From positions 1-62,882 of IMG/VR virus record IMGVR_UViG_3300020045_003897: a stretch of 62,882 nucleotides of DNA. One strand, 5' to 3'. Both the position numbers and the translations under genes were made by a program. Of the stretch, positions 46,942 to 57,640 are shown piece by piece. The DNA is from a virus. Its lineage: Duplodnaviria; Caudoviricetes. The notes under the pieces are model-generated. The model was given only the letters and a program-made list of their open reading frames with translations. It was not told the DNA's origin and searched no databases. Position 1 is the first letter of the stretch, and the number at the start of each line of letters is the position of its first letter.

Positions 46942-48030
46942 TTAATATGGAAGTTTTCCAAATCTTTTAATATAAGCAGAAACATATTCAGGATTATTTC
47001 TATTTTTTATCATAAGTGCTTTAGAAGATTCAGATGGAGTTTCAAATGCTTGTTGCTTTTGAGTACCATCAACATATCCTGTATTTTCTTTATTAGGAAT
47101 AGCAATTCTTTGTGTTTCATTTCCAAGAAAATCTTTATCAGTAAGTATTTTTGGTTCAAAGTCTTTTTCTTTAAGTGGAGGATTTTTCAAAATCTGTCCT
47201 TGAATGTCTCGCAGCTTATTTCCAGAAATAACGTCACTTTCAGCTATACGATTTTTATCTCTGGCTATGTCAATGTTTGGATCTTTGAAAGCAAGTTTTG
47301 CAAGATTCTGTTGTAGATTCAATTTTGCATTTTTTCCACCAATTGGAAGCATTACTTCTGACCAAGGTTTAGCAGGAGCACCTCCAGGATAATTTCTTTC
47401 ATCAAATTGTTGCTTCTGCAATGCTCGTGCATCCTGACCAGTCAAGACATTATTTCTCAAAGCATCTTGATCACCTTGATTTCCTGAAGGAATTATCCTT
47501 GTTCCATCAGGTTTATATCCAGCCATTATACCTAAATCTCTCAATGGTTTAGGTTCTCCATTAATACTTCCATCAGCAGAAATAGAGAATGTTTTTCCTG
47601 TACTTTCATCTTTAAGAAAATTACTTGTCGGCGAGTTCGTACTAATATTTGGGCCTTGTGTCCTCATACTTTGTAAATTTGATCCATATGCAGTAGTATT
47701 AGGTGTAGATAATTCTTTTGTTGGATTATTTCCATTATATCCAGCAGAAATATCACTACCAACTTTATTAAAAGCATCACCTACTCCAGAAACGCCTGAA
47801 GATACTATATCTTTAAGACCTTTAGCAGCAGTACCAAGCACAAATCCAGCACTTGGAGCATTTTTATCTATTGGGGCATTAATAGAATCTGCAATTGAAT
47901 CTCCAGTTGTATCATTTATATTATTATAAGAATTATTTTGATTAATAGTTTCTAAAACTCGTGAAGAATTTAACTGATTTTTCTTTTTTTCTTCATCGTC
48001 CATAACTGCTTGTAATCTATCAATTGCCAT
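46942..48030 (-). CDS. Putative internal virion protein
   Basis: 362 aa, low complexity, upstream of the giant protein. Confidence 0.55.
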   Translation of the reverse strand: MAIDRLQAVMDDEEKKKNQLNSSRVLETINQNNSYNNINDTTGDSIADSINAPIDKNAPSAGFVLGTAAKGLKDIVSSGVSGVGDAFNKVGSDISAGYNGNNPTKELSTPNTTAYGSNLQSMRTQGPNISTNSPTSNFLKDESTGKTFSISADGSINGEPKPLRDLGIMAGYKPDGTRIIPSGNQGDQDALRNNVLTGQDARALQKQQFDERNYPGGAPAKPWSEVMLPIGGKNAKLNLQQNLAKLAFKDPNIDIARDKNRIAESDVISGNKLRDIQGQILKNPPLKEKDFEPKILTDKDFLGNETQRIAIPNKENTGYVDGTQKQQAFETPSESSKALMIKNRNNPEYVSAYIKRFGKLPY

Positions 48031-48054
48031 TTTTAGTCCTCAAAGATTAATGTT

Positions 48055-50214
48055 TCATACCAGGCCGATATCTAAAAGTTGATCGCCATTGTCTTCTATT
48101 AAAATACCATCTCGTATCAGTGCGGTGATAATGTAATCCGTTTTATCTTCATTTGCTTCCGTCAGGCCATGGTAAATTGCTGACTCATTCGGGTTGTTTG
48201 ACTTCACAGCGACGACAAGCCCTTGACTGCCTGTGCTCCATCTATCATCGAGAATGACAATTGAGAAGATATCTGATGCTATGAATGTTGCAGCGCAGTC
48301 TTTTATCTTACAAATGTCGTTTGTCTCTACTTCTGTTTCTGGTGTTACAGTAGGCCCATACCAATAATTTGTTGGTACTGCCGGAAGAGTCAGTTCTGGT
48401 AGAGAAAAAGGATAATAATTTAGGCATGAAAACCAGTTTGCCGGGTCTTCTATAAAATAATCTCTAGGGTATTCGACTCCAGATAATGCAGTAAAAGTGT
48501 CATTATAGTCAAGTGGTGCATCGTCATTCCAGTTGCTCAGTGTTGTGCTTAAACTTGTTACATCCAGCCCACTTTCTGGACCCTCTACCCTGCGATATAC
48601 TTGAATACCTTCATCAACTATTTTAGTAGTAGATTCAAGTAATGTCGTGTTTTGCAAAGGCATTGTAACAGTATATTTGCTGCCGAAAGTTCCGCTAACA
48701 TATCCCTGCATTGAGCGAGATGCACCCGCTTCATAGGTTTGATTATTACATCCTCCAAATTGTTCTTTGCAGCCATGCACAGCCCCCCAAATGCCCTCAA
48801 CTACTTGGCCATTCTCTTCCCCCTGAACAACAACAGCCCACCCGACGACTTCCATACCGTCTATGGACATTTCAATTATATTTTCCGACCATGCTCCGTA
48901 GGTTTCATAATATGACCAGTAGTCTTCAAGTATTTCGTATACACTGAGTTCACAGGGGTCTCTCCCTGGGCATGACGTTGTTGTATAATAGTTAAAGCCC
49001 TCAGTTAATGGAATATCTTCATCTCCACCTCCACTTGAGTATGTTACGCTTGCAGATGGATAAATATCATATCCTGTAGCAATACAGGCGTTTGTCTCCA
49101 TTATTTCTATTGACTCGCAATTTGTCAGCAAAAATGATGGATCAAGTATTGCAGTAAATTCAATAGGCGTTGAATATAATGGTATATTCATTTTAACCGC
49201 TGTTCTTGAAAGAGCTGTTATATCTGAAAGTATTCCTATTGGCTCTTTTATTGTGTCTGATCCGGTTGTTGTAACGCTATACCAAGAAGAAGAATCTCCA
49301 GTTAAAGAAAATGAAGTGTCAAAGGTCTTTTCCCATCTCCCGTCTTGGCTATCAATGCCGACAATCACCCCAGACATTGAACCAGTGGCTAATGTATGTG
49401 GTGGTGTTAATGGAGGAGGTGCCCACCATTCTTGAAGAACGTGATACCATGCCATTGTTCGGCTTTCGATATCGACAAAGAATCTATTCTGTGGGCATTT
49501 TGAAATATCGTAACCGTCAATCTCTCCGCCTGTAGGAGGTAATATCTCCGGTAGATAGATTATATTGTCACCAGTTGTAAGGTAGTTATACCCTGCAACA
49601 AACCTATCAGTTTTTAAAACTCCTTCAACAGTCTGCGACATATCAAAAGATCGCACATAACTGTGAAACATGTAATCTGGCAGGTTCACGCATTCAAAGA
49701 ACGTGCTATCCGTAACATCCCTGGCTATTGTCTTTTCAAGTATATTGCCATACTCACTTTCAAGTTCTTCTCCGGGAGTATAGAAGCCGATTTTATCCGA
49801 TCCTGCGGCAAGCGGAAAAGCATTGAAATCTATCCAGTAATAACGTGTGTCATCGCTGGTAACATGGCCGAACTCGTCTATTGTAATATCAGTTGCAGGG
49901 TTGCCAACTCTGACAAAAAAGCGATTATCAACCTCGGTTTCAATATTGATGATTTCAGGAGCTATTTGCTCTACTGGTTTTGCTGGTTCTTCAGCTATTT
50001 CTCTTTTTGGAATATGAATGTGAACTTCATGGCAACCATAGATTGCCTCGCAATGCACTGTCCCACCGAGAACGTTGATCTTTCTCGACTTTCCAGACTT
50101 GTGACCACCAAGGCGAAGATCGTCCTTAAACTTACTTAAAAGCCGCTTCCCTGCGTGAATAAGTTCCCGGCCCTTAGATTCATCTCCGGTAAATATAAAT
50201 CTATCTGGAATCAT
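48055..50214 (-). CDS. Acidic virion/tail-associated hypothetical protein
   Basis: 719 aa, Cys/Tyr/Thr-rich, codon usage differs from neighbours. Confidence 0.6.
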   Translation of the reverse strand: MIPDRFIFTGDESKGRELIHAGKRLLSKFKDDLRLGGHKSGKSRKINVLGGTVHCEAIYGCHEVHIHIPKREIAEEPAKPVEQIAPEIINIETEVDNRFFVRVGNPATDITIDEFGHVTSDDTRYYWIDFNAFPLAAGSDKIGFYTPGEELESEYGNILEKTIARDVTDSTFFECVNLPDYMFHSYVRSFDMSQTVEGVLKTDRFVAGYNYLTTGDNIIYLPEILPPTGGEIDGYDISKCPQNRFFVDIESRTMAWYHVLQEWWAPPPLTPPHTLATGSMSGVIVGIDSQDGRWEKTFDTSFSLTGDSSSWYSVTTTGSDTIKEPIGILSDITALSRTAVKMNIPLYSTPIEFTAILDPSFLLTNCESIEIMETNACIATGYDIYPSASVTYSSGGGDEDIPLTEGFNYYTTTSCPGRDPCELSVYEILEDYWSYYETYGAWSENIIEMSIDGMEVVGWAVVVQGEENGQVVEGIWGAVHGCKEQFGGCNNQTYEAGASRSMQGYVSGTFGSKYTVTMPLQNTTLLESTTKIVDEGIQVYRRVEGPESGLDVTSLSTTLSNWNDDAPLDYNDTFTALSGVEYPRDYFIEDPANWFSCLNYYPFSLPELTLPAVPTNYWYGPTVTPETEVETNDICKIKDCAATFIASDIFSIVILDDRWSTGSQGLVVAVKSNNPNESAIYHGLTEANEDKTDYIITALIRDGILIEDNGDQLLDIGLV

Positions 50215-51605
50215 TCTTGATACACATATTGATGTACTGTAGAATCAGTAGTAGTTTCAGATGTACTTGTAGTTTCATTAGTGCTTATACTTTCAGTAAG
50301 GCTAGCACTCCAACCAATACTCTTAGATTCACTCCCTGAATATGAATTTGAAAGCGTCCAGTTCATTGCACCAATAGTTGATGCAAGCCCTTGAGAAAGT
50401 ACATTACTTACATTAATACCTATATTTGATAATAATTTTGTTCTCTCTACATATGCTGTAAGATTGACATTTTCAATTGCAATTTCTTTATCAATCTGCT
50501 TAGAAAGTGCTTCATGATGAATTTTAACTTCTTCAACTAAAGCAAGATATTCACTTTTAACTGCTTCAACCTCTACAGCATAAGTCTCAATCTCACCTTT
50601 TCTAGCATCAACAAGACCTCTGTTCTTTTCTGTTATCGCCCTAATTTTTGCTTCAAGTACTTGAGCTTTTCCTAGAAACTTATCAGTTTCACTTTTGTTT
50701 GCTGCACTAATTGCATCTACTTTTATTTTAAATGATTCAAGTCGAATCTTCTCACCTTCATATTTTCCAAGAAATAATTTAATATTCTCAGAAAAGAATT
50801 TCCAAACATATTCTTTTGCAGCTTGTGCAGCAGCTAGACTACGAGTTTGAACTTTATCAAAAAAGTCACGCAACATCTTTTCAGCATCAAGCGCAGTGCC
50901 GACAAAGAATTTTTCACGGTCGTTAGCAATATCAAAACTCTTTGCTGTAATATTATTCAACGCATCTTGATCTTTACTTAATACTTCATTTTGAAATTCA
51001 GAAATAAAAGCAGAAATATGTCCGCCAGGCATATTAAAACCTGCTGCACCAACAGCAGCTAATCCAGACAAGTATTCTCGTTCTTGATTTCTTCGCCTAG
51101 TTTCTTGTTCCATTGCAACAAGCGCCGACTGTGCATCTTCACTCAAACCATAATTACCAGATATCATATGAGTTTGAACTAATGAAAAAAGACTCTGCCA
51201 GTTTTCTGAGGTGTATTCCCCTTCAACCCAAGTAAATCCTTCATCTACTTCATTTGGCGGTGTTGGTACTACAATATTAAAATCAAGGTTTCCATAATCA
51301 TAATTTATAGGTTCTGGTATGTATCCATCAGGATAAGCAGAATCAAGCACTAACTTTGCAAAATCTGGCCTTTCTGGAAATTGTGGTCCATCTATTGTCA
51401 TAAACTCTGTATCAATATCTTCAAGTTTTGACTGATATTCACCGACAACTTCAGCTAAATTTAATAAACTAGTATTAAGTTGTGCGTAAATACTATCAAC
51501 CATAGTCCATGTCTTCTGAACATTAGATTCTATAGTTGCACTCATATCATCAAGCGATATTTGACTTGATGGTACTTTGACTATTTCTCCAAGACTATCA
51601 GCCAT
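50211..51605 (-). CDS. Coiled-coil virion protein
   Basis: 464 aa, GGAG RBS. Confidence 0.6.
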   Translation of the reverse strand: MADSLGEIVKVPSSQISLDDMSATIESNVQKTWTMVDSIYAQLNTSLLNLAEVVGEYQSKLEDIDTEFMTIDGPQFPERPDFAKLVLDSAYPDGYIPEPINYDYGNLDFNIVVPTPPNEVDEGFTWVEGEYTSENWQSLFSLVQTHMISGNYGLSEDAQSALVAMEQETRRRNQEREYLSGLAAVGAAGFNMPGGHISAFISEFQNEVLSKDQDALNNITAKSFDIANDREKFFVGTALDAEKMLRDFFDKVQTRSLAAAQAAKEYVWKFFSENIKLFLGKYEGEKIRLESFKIKVDAISAANKSETDKFLGKAQVLEAKIRAITEKNRGLVDARKGEIETYAVEVEAVKSEYLALVEEVKIHHEALSKQIDKEIAIENVNLTAYVERTKLLSNIGINVSNVLSQGLASTIGAMNWTLSNSYSGSESKSIGWSASLTESISTNETTSTSETTTDSTVHQYVYQE

Positions 51606-51614
51606 AATTTCTCC

Positions 51615-52085
51615 TTATACTCCTAAACCACGAACAACAAATAAACCATGTAAACTATGAATACGAAATAAACTTGCAGAAGAAATTCTTATTGTATGAT
51701 ATGTACCACTCATATTTTCACGCTGAATAGTAAAATTTATTTTCTTCAATCCAGCACCAACAACTGAAACAGTTTTAGATATCCATGCACCATCTTCTGG
51801 TTTTACTTCAACAGTAAAATTAGTATCTGCATATACATCAACTTTCATATACATTTTTCTAATTCTTTTCTTATTCTTTGAACCATAATCAGATGTTGCA
51901 AGAGTAAAAGAATGAGATAATGCACTTCCATTATTAGTACTTCCATAATTAAGTAAGAAAATTCCAGAACTATTCATACCATACTGAAATGTTCCACAAT
52001 TTACCATTCCAGCAAAAGCAAAAGATAGTTCTGTTAAAGCTTTCCTACCTATCTCACCAACTGTTGTCTGTACTGCAATACTCAT
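51615..52085 (-). CDS. Tail-associated hypothetical protein
   Basis: ATGA overlap with the upstream gene; SDYGS.NKKR motif. Confidence 0.6.
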   Translation of the reverse strand: MSIAVQTTVGEIGRKALTELSFAFAGMVNCGTFQYGMNSSGIFLLNYGSTNNGSALSHSFTLATSDYGSKNKKRIRKMYMKVDVYADTNFTVEVKPEDGAWISKTVSVVGAGLKKINFTIQRENMSGTYHTIRISSASLFRIHSLHGLFVVRGLGV

Positions 52086-53644
52086 ACCCACCTCGAAGAA
52101 CTATGCGACGGCAAAGCGCATGAATGATCACGGATTAAAGCCGTTCGCCATGACATGCCGCTAACTATTCCAGAATATGAAATTATGCCTGTTGCCATTA
52201 TATTCCCCGGTGTTCTCGCCGTTACTTCACCTCCGTATGATATTTGACCAACAGCCGAAACGGAGTGGCTCATCGCAGTTGCCTGGCCTGAATAACTAAT
52301 CGAACCAACTACGCTTGCAGATTGCAGAGAAGAAGCCGCAACGCTCCCGCCATAAGCGATAACACCAGATATCGCTATGTCGCCTTGCTGGTAAGCTGAT
52401 ACTGTGCCAGAATATGATATTACTCCTTGGGCCGTATTCGCGTCATACGATTGCGCCGTGACAGTCCCTGCATAACTGATCGTGCCGACAACAGCCGCAT
52501 AGTTTTCAGTATTCGCCGTTACTGTGCCGCCATAAGAAATAGAACCTGATATCTCGGCTCGATGAATAACGGCACCAGTTACAGTACCCGCAAAAGTGAT
52601 TGCTCCGACAACAGAACCATCAGCGTAATAATACGAGTCTTCAAGGTAATCATTCTGCCCACCTGTGAAATCAGCGACATAAACAGCCGTAGAAATTGCC
52701 GTTGTATATCCACCAATCAAATAAACCTTGCTACTGGTAACTATTGGTTGTGCGAGCCTGAACGCTGCCGACATGACCGTTCCTGTCGTCCATGTCCCAA
52801 CGGTTCCATCCTCGTTAATAGGCGCTGTATAAACTGTCGTAGAAACTACGTTGTTTGTCTCACCACCAAGGAGAAAAACGCGGCCACGAGTAACAACAGC
52901 ATGTGAAGACGCTTTTACTCCAGGAAGGCTAGTGCCTGTGGCCCACGTCCCAATAGTTCCGTCATCATTAATTGGAGCAGTATAAACCGTATCAAGTGCC
53001 GTTCCTGCTGAGTTCTGCCCTCCAAAAAGATAAACTCTATTTGAAGTAGTTATCGCTGCGCCAGGAATCAATGCTGCTGGAAGACTCGTTGCCGTAGTCC
53101 ATGCTTCTAACGTTCCATCATCATTAATTTCTGCTGTGTAGACAACATCAACATATGAAGTGCCAACATATCCACCTAAGATATACGCTCTGTTCTTGGT
53201 CACAACCGCCTGTGAAAGACGAACTGCTGCTGGCAAACTTCCTCCGGTTGTCCATGCTCCAAGGGTACCATCGGTGTTTATTGGCGCAGTGTAAACCGTT
53301 GCAATTGTTGTGGCAGAATTGTTTAATCCTCCTAAAAGATGAACCCTGTTTTTTGTAACAATGAGGGACGATGAATACAATTCACCAGGGATTGAAGTCC
53401 CAGCAACCCAAGTACCAAGAGTACCATCTGAATTGATCGGTGCAGTGTGAACGGTTTTTGTAACTCCACTGACACCATATCCACCAATTAGATATACTCT
53501 GTTTTGCGTTGCAAGAGCAGTTGCCCCATACTTAGCCTCTGGAATAGCAGTACCACTTGCCCACCCAGTAACATCAGATATTGACGATGTGTTAAAGTGG
53601 TATTGCTGCGCCCATGGCCTGGCACTGGAAAAAATTATCCCCAT
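52082..53644 (-). CDS. Kelch-like beta-propeller tail protein with C-terminal G.ISY.G.V repeats
   Basis: About six ~51-aa repeats RVYL.GG...VYTAPIN.DGT.G.W..GT.LP, then ~20-aa beta repeats. Confidence 0.75.
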   Translation of the reverse strand: MGIIFSSARPWAQQYHFNTSSISDVTGWASGTAIPEAKYGATALATQNRVYLIGGYGVSGVTKTVHTAPINSDGTLGTWVAGTSIPGELYSSSLIVTKNRVHLLGGLNNSATTIATVYTAPINTDGTLGAWTTGGSLPAAVRLSQAVVTKNRAYILGGYVGTSYVDVVYTAEINDDGTLEAWTTATSLPAALIPGAAITTSNRVYLFGGQNSAGTALDTVYTAPINDDGTIGTWATGTSLPGVKASSHAVVTRGRVFLLGGETNNVVSTTVYTAPINEDGTVGTWTTGTVMSAAFRLAQPIVTSSKVYLIGGYTTAISTAVYVADFTGGQNDYLEDSYYYADGSVVGAITFAGTVTGAVIHRAEISGSISYGGTVTANTENYAAVVGTISYAGTVTAQSYDANTAQGVISYSGTVSAYQQGDIAISGVIAYGGSVAASSLQSASVVGSISYSGQATAMSHSVSAVGQISYGGEVTARTPGNIMATGIISYSGIVSGMSWRTALIRDHSCALPSHSSSRWV

Positions 53645-54391
53645 TTATGCACCAGTAGCAGTAAATGAAATAGAAGTAATTTCAGATGGTACAGAAGCAA
53701 CAATAGTTTTACCGGTGCTAATATTAACATCACCACCAGAAACTTCGACAACACCATCCATACGAATTGCAGATGTACTTGATCCAGTTGTCTTAGCATT
53801 AGCATACCACCGCACATAGCCAAGAGTACCATTCTCAAGTCCAAGGCCACGAATAACTTCAGCAATACCTGTAGATGGATCAACTGCAATCTGAGCTGTT
53901 GCCGCAGAAATATTACTTAAATTTATTCCATTCGCAGAAGCCCCACCAACAAAAGCATTTCCATTTTTTGTAAACTCAATTAATTTTGTTCCTGATTCCG
54001 CCGCATCTGCTCCAGTTGATGGTCTAACTCCACTATAGCCAACTATAGTTCCATTCTTTAAAATCTGTGTTAATGCACCAGAAGTTATTTCAGCAACAGC
54101 AACAGCAGTTCCAGCAGACATTGCTGCAAAAGTTCCAGCAGCTACCTCTAGCTTAGCATTTGTTTTTGTAAGAACCTTTGCCAAAATATTATGATTAGTT
54201 CCTCCAAGAATAAGAACAAAATCATCCACAGCAAAACTACCAAATCCACTACCTGAATCATTAATTGTATCAGTCGATCCAGTCCCATCACCATCACCAA
54301 ATGAAATAGTAGTTGCAATGATGTAAGTTCCAGCAGCAGGTTGTTGGGCAAGTAATGCTTTCTGTAATCCAGTTGATAAATTCCAGCTCAT
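53645..54391 (-). CDS. Tail-associated protein
   Basis: 248 aa Gly/Ala/Thr-rich; LSTGL, YSG.RP...DAAE.GT.L, RMDG.V. Confidence 0.65.
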   Translation of the reverse strand: MSWNLSTGLQKALLAQQPAAGTYIIATTISFGDGDGTGSTDTINDSGSGFGSFAVDDFVLILGGTNHNILAKVLTKTNAKLEVAAGTFAAMSAGTAVAVAEITSGALTQILKNGTIVGYSGVRPSTGADAAESGTKLIEFTKNGNAFVGGASANGINLSNISAATAQIAVDPSTGIAEVIRGLGLENGTLGYVRWYANAKTTGSSTSAIRMDGVVEVSGGDVNISTGKTIVASVPSEITSISFTATGA

Positions 54392-54394
54392 TTT

Positions 54395-55336
54395 TTATAC
54401 TCCACTTAAAATTATAGTCGTTTCATCAACGATCATGATTGATCCGGCTGAACAACCGGACGGTAAAGCAACTTTCTTATCAATTAAATTTACACACGAT
54501 CCATCTTGTAATCCAACAACTGGACCATTTTTAGTTCCAAACAATACAGCAGGGGATGATGTCTCAAAACCAAACTGTGAAGGATCAATAATACCTGGAT
54601 AGCGTTGAAACTCAATAGCTGGATAAGATAAAACTTTTTTAGCATCCCACTTATTTGGATCACGACCATCAAGGAACCAAATACTTTTTTCATCTGAAAC
54701 AAAAACACCAGTATTAACTGTACAAATCATTAATATCCTAGATTCCATCTGGCGCCAGTTTCTATTGGCATCCATAATTCCCCATAAGCCTTGCTCAGTA
54801 AAACGAATCTCATCATCATAAGATATAATAAATCTACCACTTAGCATATCTAAATGATTTCCAGCAGTGACAACGATGAATGGCGCATGCGTATTTCTAG
54901 GCCAAACACTTGCTGGCCAAGCATTTGATTTCTGCCCATCAAGAAAACCAAATTCAAAACCATTCATATAATAAACATTTCCACCAACAGTACAAAAATC
55001 CATCTTAGCATTTACTGTAAGTCCAGATCGCATACCAGTTAATGATAAAGCACCAGATGCATTAGGAATATATTTTTCAAGTAAGCTCATTGATGATGTA
55101 GAACTATTTCTTACTGCATAAAAGCTAGTTTCATCAAATGCAGGATATGCAGAAATAAAATTTCCAGCATATGCTAAAGAATTTCCTCGACTAGCAGCAA
55201 GTCCACCAGACTTATCAATTAACATATCAGTTGCAGCTTCAAGCTCAGTCATACCTTTTTCAGCATCAAAAGCAAGTCTAGCTGGATCAACTTTGTTATT
55301 AATTCCTGTACAATATGAATAAAGTAAGGTTTCCAT
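54395..55336 (-). CDS. Putative tail tube/nozzle-like protein
   Basis: 313 aa, GINN...P..L start; follows the adaptor-like gene. Confidence 0.5.
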   Translation of the reverse strand: METLLYSYCTGINNKVDPARLAFDAEKGMTELEAATDMLIDKSGGLAASRGNSLAYAGNFISAYPAFDETSFYAVRNSSTSSMSLLEKYIPNASGALSLTGMRSGLTVNAKMDFCTVGGNVYYMNGFEFGFLDGQKSNAWPASVWPRNTHAPFIVVTAGNHLDMLSGRFIISYDDEIRFTEQGLWGIMDANRNWRQMESRILMICTVNTGVFVSDEKSIWFLDGRDPNKWDAKKVLSYPAIEFQRYPGIIDPSQFGFETSSPAVLFGTKNGPVVGLQDGSCVNLIDKKVALPSGCSAGSIMIVDETTIILSGV

Positions 55337-55338
55337 AT

Positions 55339-56253
55339 TTATTTAAGCATTAAGCCACGAGTATATGAAGGCATACTTAATTCAAAAGTTCTCATAGCCT
55401 CCAGAAAAAGATTCTTAAACTTATTTGTATTTACAGTTTCTCCCTCCATTCCATCTTCAATATGCTCATATGCTTTCCATGCAGCAAAATTTACCAATAA
55501 CGATATTTGCAAATGTTCTGGAATTCCATCAGGGTGATCAGCATCAACAACCATATTTACAGGTTTTCTATAGTAATGCAACGTAACTGCTTCACTACTT
55601 GTTGGAATACCTTGATAATATAACTTTCTACCATGCTCAATAACTTCAGAGATTCTCCCTGCTTTATTCAATGCCGGATAAGTTTCTACAAATTCAATAA
55701 ATGATTCAGCTATATCAATTTCACTTCCTGTTGAAGAAACAACAAACTGCAAATCTCTATGAAAATTAACTGGCATACTTACAAACGCAGCTGAAGTAGA
55801 AGTATTCACAGTATCTATTGCAAACAAATCAGGTAACGGTGGAGTTAAAACATTCGGCAGAGGATTCGAAATTCCATCTAACAATGATGGTATTCCTCCA
55901 GCAATTTCTAAAACTCCTTGATTAATAAAATCTCCATAAGAATCAGCAAAACTACTATCATCAACAAGAACATCAACTTTATCAATCAACTCTTCAAAAG
56001 TATATCCACCTGAAGTACTTGCAGTATCACCATAAAATATCTGTAAAGTATCTCCATCAGCCATAGATGATGTATCATAAGCTAATGTAAGAACTTGACC
56101 AACAAGTGTTCCAGTAGTTACTGAAGAAACTGAATTATAAATAGTAACTTCATCAGTGGCATTAATAATAACTTCAAGATTACTCTCAACTACAGTATCA
56201 GTAAAAGTTATTGTGCCTTCACTAGCATCAAATACATAATCAGTTCTAAGCAT
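55339..56253 (-). CDS. Putative head-tail adaptor (tail tubular protein A-like)
   Basis: F.ELI..V..LVDD...FINQG..EI, L.YYRKP..M....D.P..IPEH....LV.FAA..A. Confidence 0.6.
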   Translation of the reverse strand: MLRTDYVFDASEGTITFTDTVVESNLEVIINATDEVTIYNSVSSVTTGTLVGQVLTLAYDTSSMADGDTLQIFYGDTASTSGGYTFEELIDKVDVLVDDSSFADSYGDFINQGVLEIAGGIPSLLDGISNPLPNVLTPPLPDLFAIDTVNTSTSAAFVSMPVNFHRDLQFVVSSTGSEIDIAESFIEFVETYPALNKAGRISEVIEHGRKLYYQGIPTSSEAVTLHYYRKPVNMVVDADHPDGIPEHLQISLLVNFAAWKAYEHIEDGMEGETVNTNKFKNLFLEAMRTFELSMPSYTRGLMLK

Positions 56254-56267
56254 CAAGGCACCTCGAA

Positions 56268-56507
56268 TTATAAATCATCTTGAGTTATTGGTGTAGTAAT
56301 AAAATTATCAACTTGTTCAGGTCGATGCACAGGAACACTTTGTTTCTCACCTAATGGCTTAGGATCAGTATAATGTGGATGCTTTTCTTCCCAGCAAGTA
56401 TCAGAACAAACAAACAACTTATCCCAAGTCATTCTACATTCAGAAGCATATCGCTCAAATCCACAAATATCACATACAACTAAATAATCACCTGGGCTGT
56501 AAGTCAT
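56268..56507 (-). CDS. Conserved Cys-rich virion-module protein
   Basis: CDICGF...W..L.VC..CWE.KHP. Confidence 0.7.
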   Translation of the reverse strand: MTYSPGDYLVVCDICGFERYASECRMTWDKLFVCSDTCWEEKHPHYTDPKPLGEKQSVPVHRPEQVDNFITTPITQDDL

Positions 56508-56518
56508 TTTATTTATCC

Positions 56519-57004
56519 TTAATCAGCAGAAATAAATCTACGATAGTTGCTAATATATTCTTCTACCTTTCCAGCACCATATTCTGTATTATAATGATCT
56601 TTCCAATACTGTGCTTGAGCATTTAAAGTCATTGGAATAGGTTCTTTTACCCAAGCATAATATCGTAACCTGCATATAATATGCTGATAAGATAAGTTAT
56701 TTTCTAACTGATAATTATCAGCTTTTCTCACACCAGTTATCATAGCTACAGCTACAGCCATTGCAGGTCGATAATCAAGATAATCTTTCCATAAACTTTG
56801 TTCAGTCAATGGTTCAATTTGATAAATTCCAGTCCCTGGCCCACCGCCAAGCTGCTTACGATATGTTCCGCAATGACTTTCTTGAGCACATGTACCAAGT
56901 AGCAATTCTTCAGCTTGCATAGTCCATAGACTTCCACCCATGAGTTGCAATGTTGATCGAATATGCATCCTCAAAACATTAGCATTCATTGGTTTTTTGT
57001 CCAT
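56519..57004 (-). CDS. Putative endolysin (lysozyme-like fold)
   Basis: LLLGT.AQES..G....QLGGGP..GIYQ.EP.T and YWK..YNT..GAG; near a holin-like gene. Confidence 0.7.
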   Translation of the reverse strand: MDKKPMNANVLRMHIRSTLQLMGGSLWTMQAEELLLGTCAQESHCGTYRKQLGGGPGTGIYQIEPLTEQSLWKDYLDYRPAMAVAVAMITGVRKADNYQLENNLSYQHIICRLRYYAWVKEPIPMTLNAQAQYWKDHYNTEYGAGKVEEYISNYRRFISAD

Positions 57005-57188
57005 TCTTAACTCTCCTTATACATTCTCGAATTGCACCAGCTCTAATCTTTGCATCTCCACCACGAAAAGTAACTATCTTACCAGACTCATCATAAAAAG
57101 GAACAGCATCTTCTTCAGCAAGAAATTCAGTCAGTATTTTTATTTCTGTGCTTTCGTATGTCTTCAATGCACTCTTCACAGTATCCAT
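56979..57188 (-). CDS. Hypothetical protein
   Basis: 69 aa in the lysis cluster; overlaps both neighbours. Confidence 0.45.
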   Translation of the reverse strand: MDTVKSALKTYESTEIKILTEFLAEEDAVPFYDESGKIVTFRGGDAKIRAGAIRECIRRVKNGQKTNEC

Positions 57189-57282
57189 GACTCACCAATA
57201 AATAAGGACAGACTGGTAAAAATTCTTTATACTTTCCATTTTCATCCTTAAACTTCTTACACACACAACATTGTGTAAGCAT
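57127..57282 (-). CDS. Small zinc-binding protein
   Basis: CCVC...SHGYCEEC; GGAG RBS before ATG 57282. Confidence 0.55.
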   Translation of the reverse strand: MLTQCCVCKKFKDENGKYKEFLPVCPYLLVSHGYCEECIEDIRKHRNKNTD

Positions 57283-57292
57283 AAACTTTGCA

Positions 57293-57550
57293 CTACTCTT
57301 TGAGAAGTCCAACTTTCTTGCTCGTAGCAATTGTTAAATAAACATTGATCAAACCAAGTACACCTGCAACTAATTCAGCAATTTCTTTCAACGTCGCGTC
57401 ATCAACAGGTAGATCAAATCCGCCGATTCTTAATATCCACAAAAGTCCACCAAGAACAACTACTACAAGATTTGCTGTAATTTGTTTATTTTTCCATCCA
57501 GCAGAATATTTTAACTCTTTCCCTGCATTTAATACTTCAAAAATATTCAT
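57293..57550 (-). CDS. Putative holin
   Basis: 85 aa with two hydrophobic helices and a basic C-terminus. Confidence 0.6.
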   Translation of the reverse strand: MNIFEVLNAGKELKYSAGWKNKQITANLVVVVLGGLLWILRIGGFDLPVDDATLKEIAELVAGVLGLINVYLTIATSKKVGLLKE

Positions 57551-57640
57551 ATCAATCTAAGCCTCTTTAGTATAGATTTCAAAACTACTTTTATCGTATC
57601 TAACTTTATTGAAATAGAAATAATTATTGGTTTTTTCATA

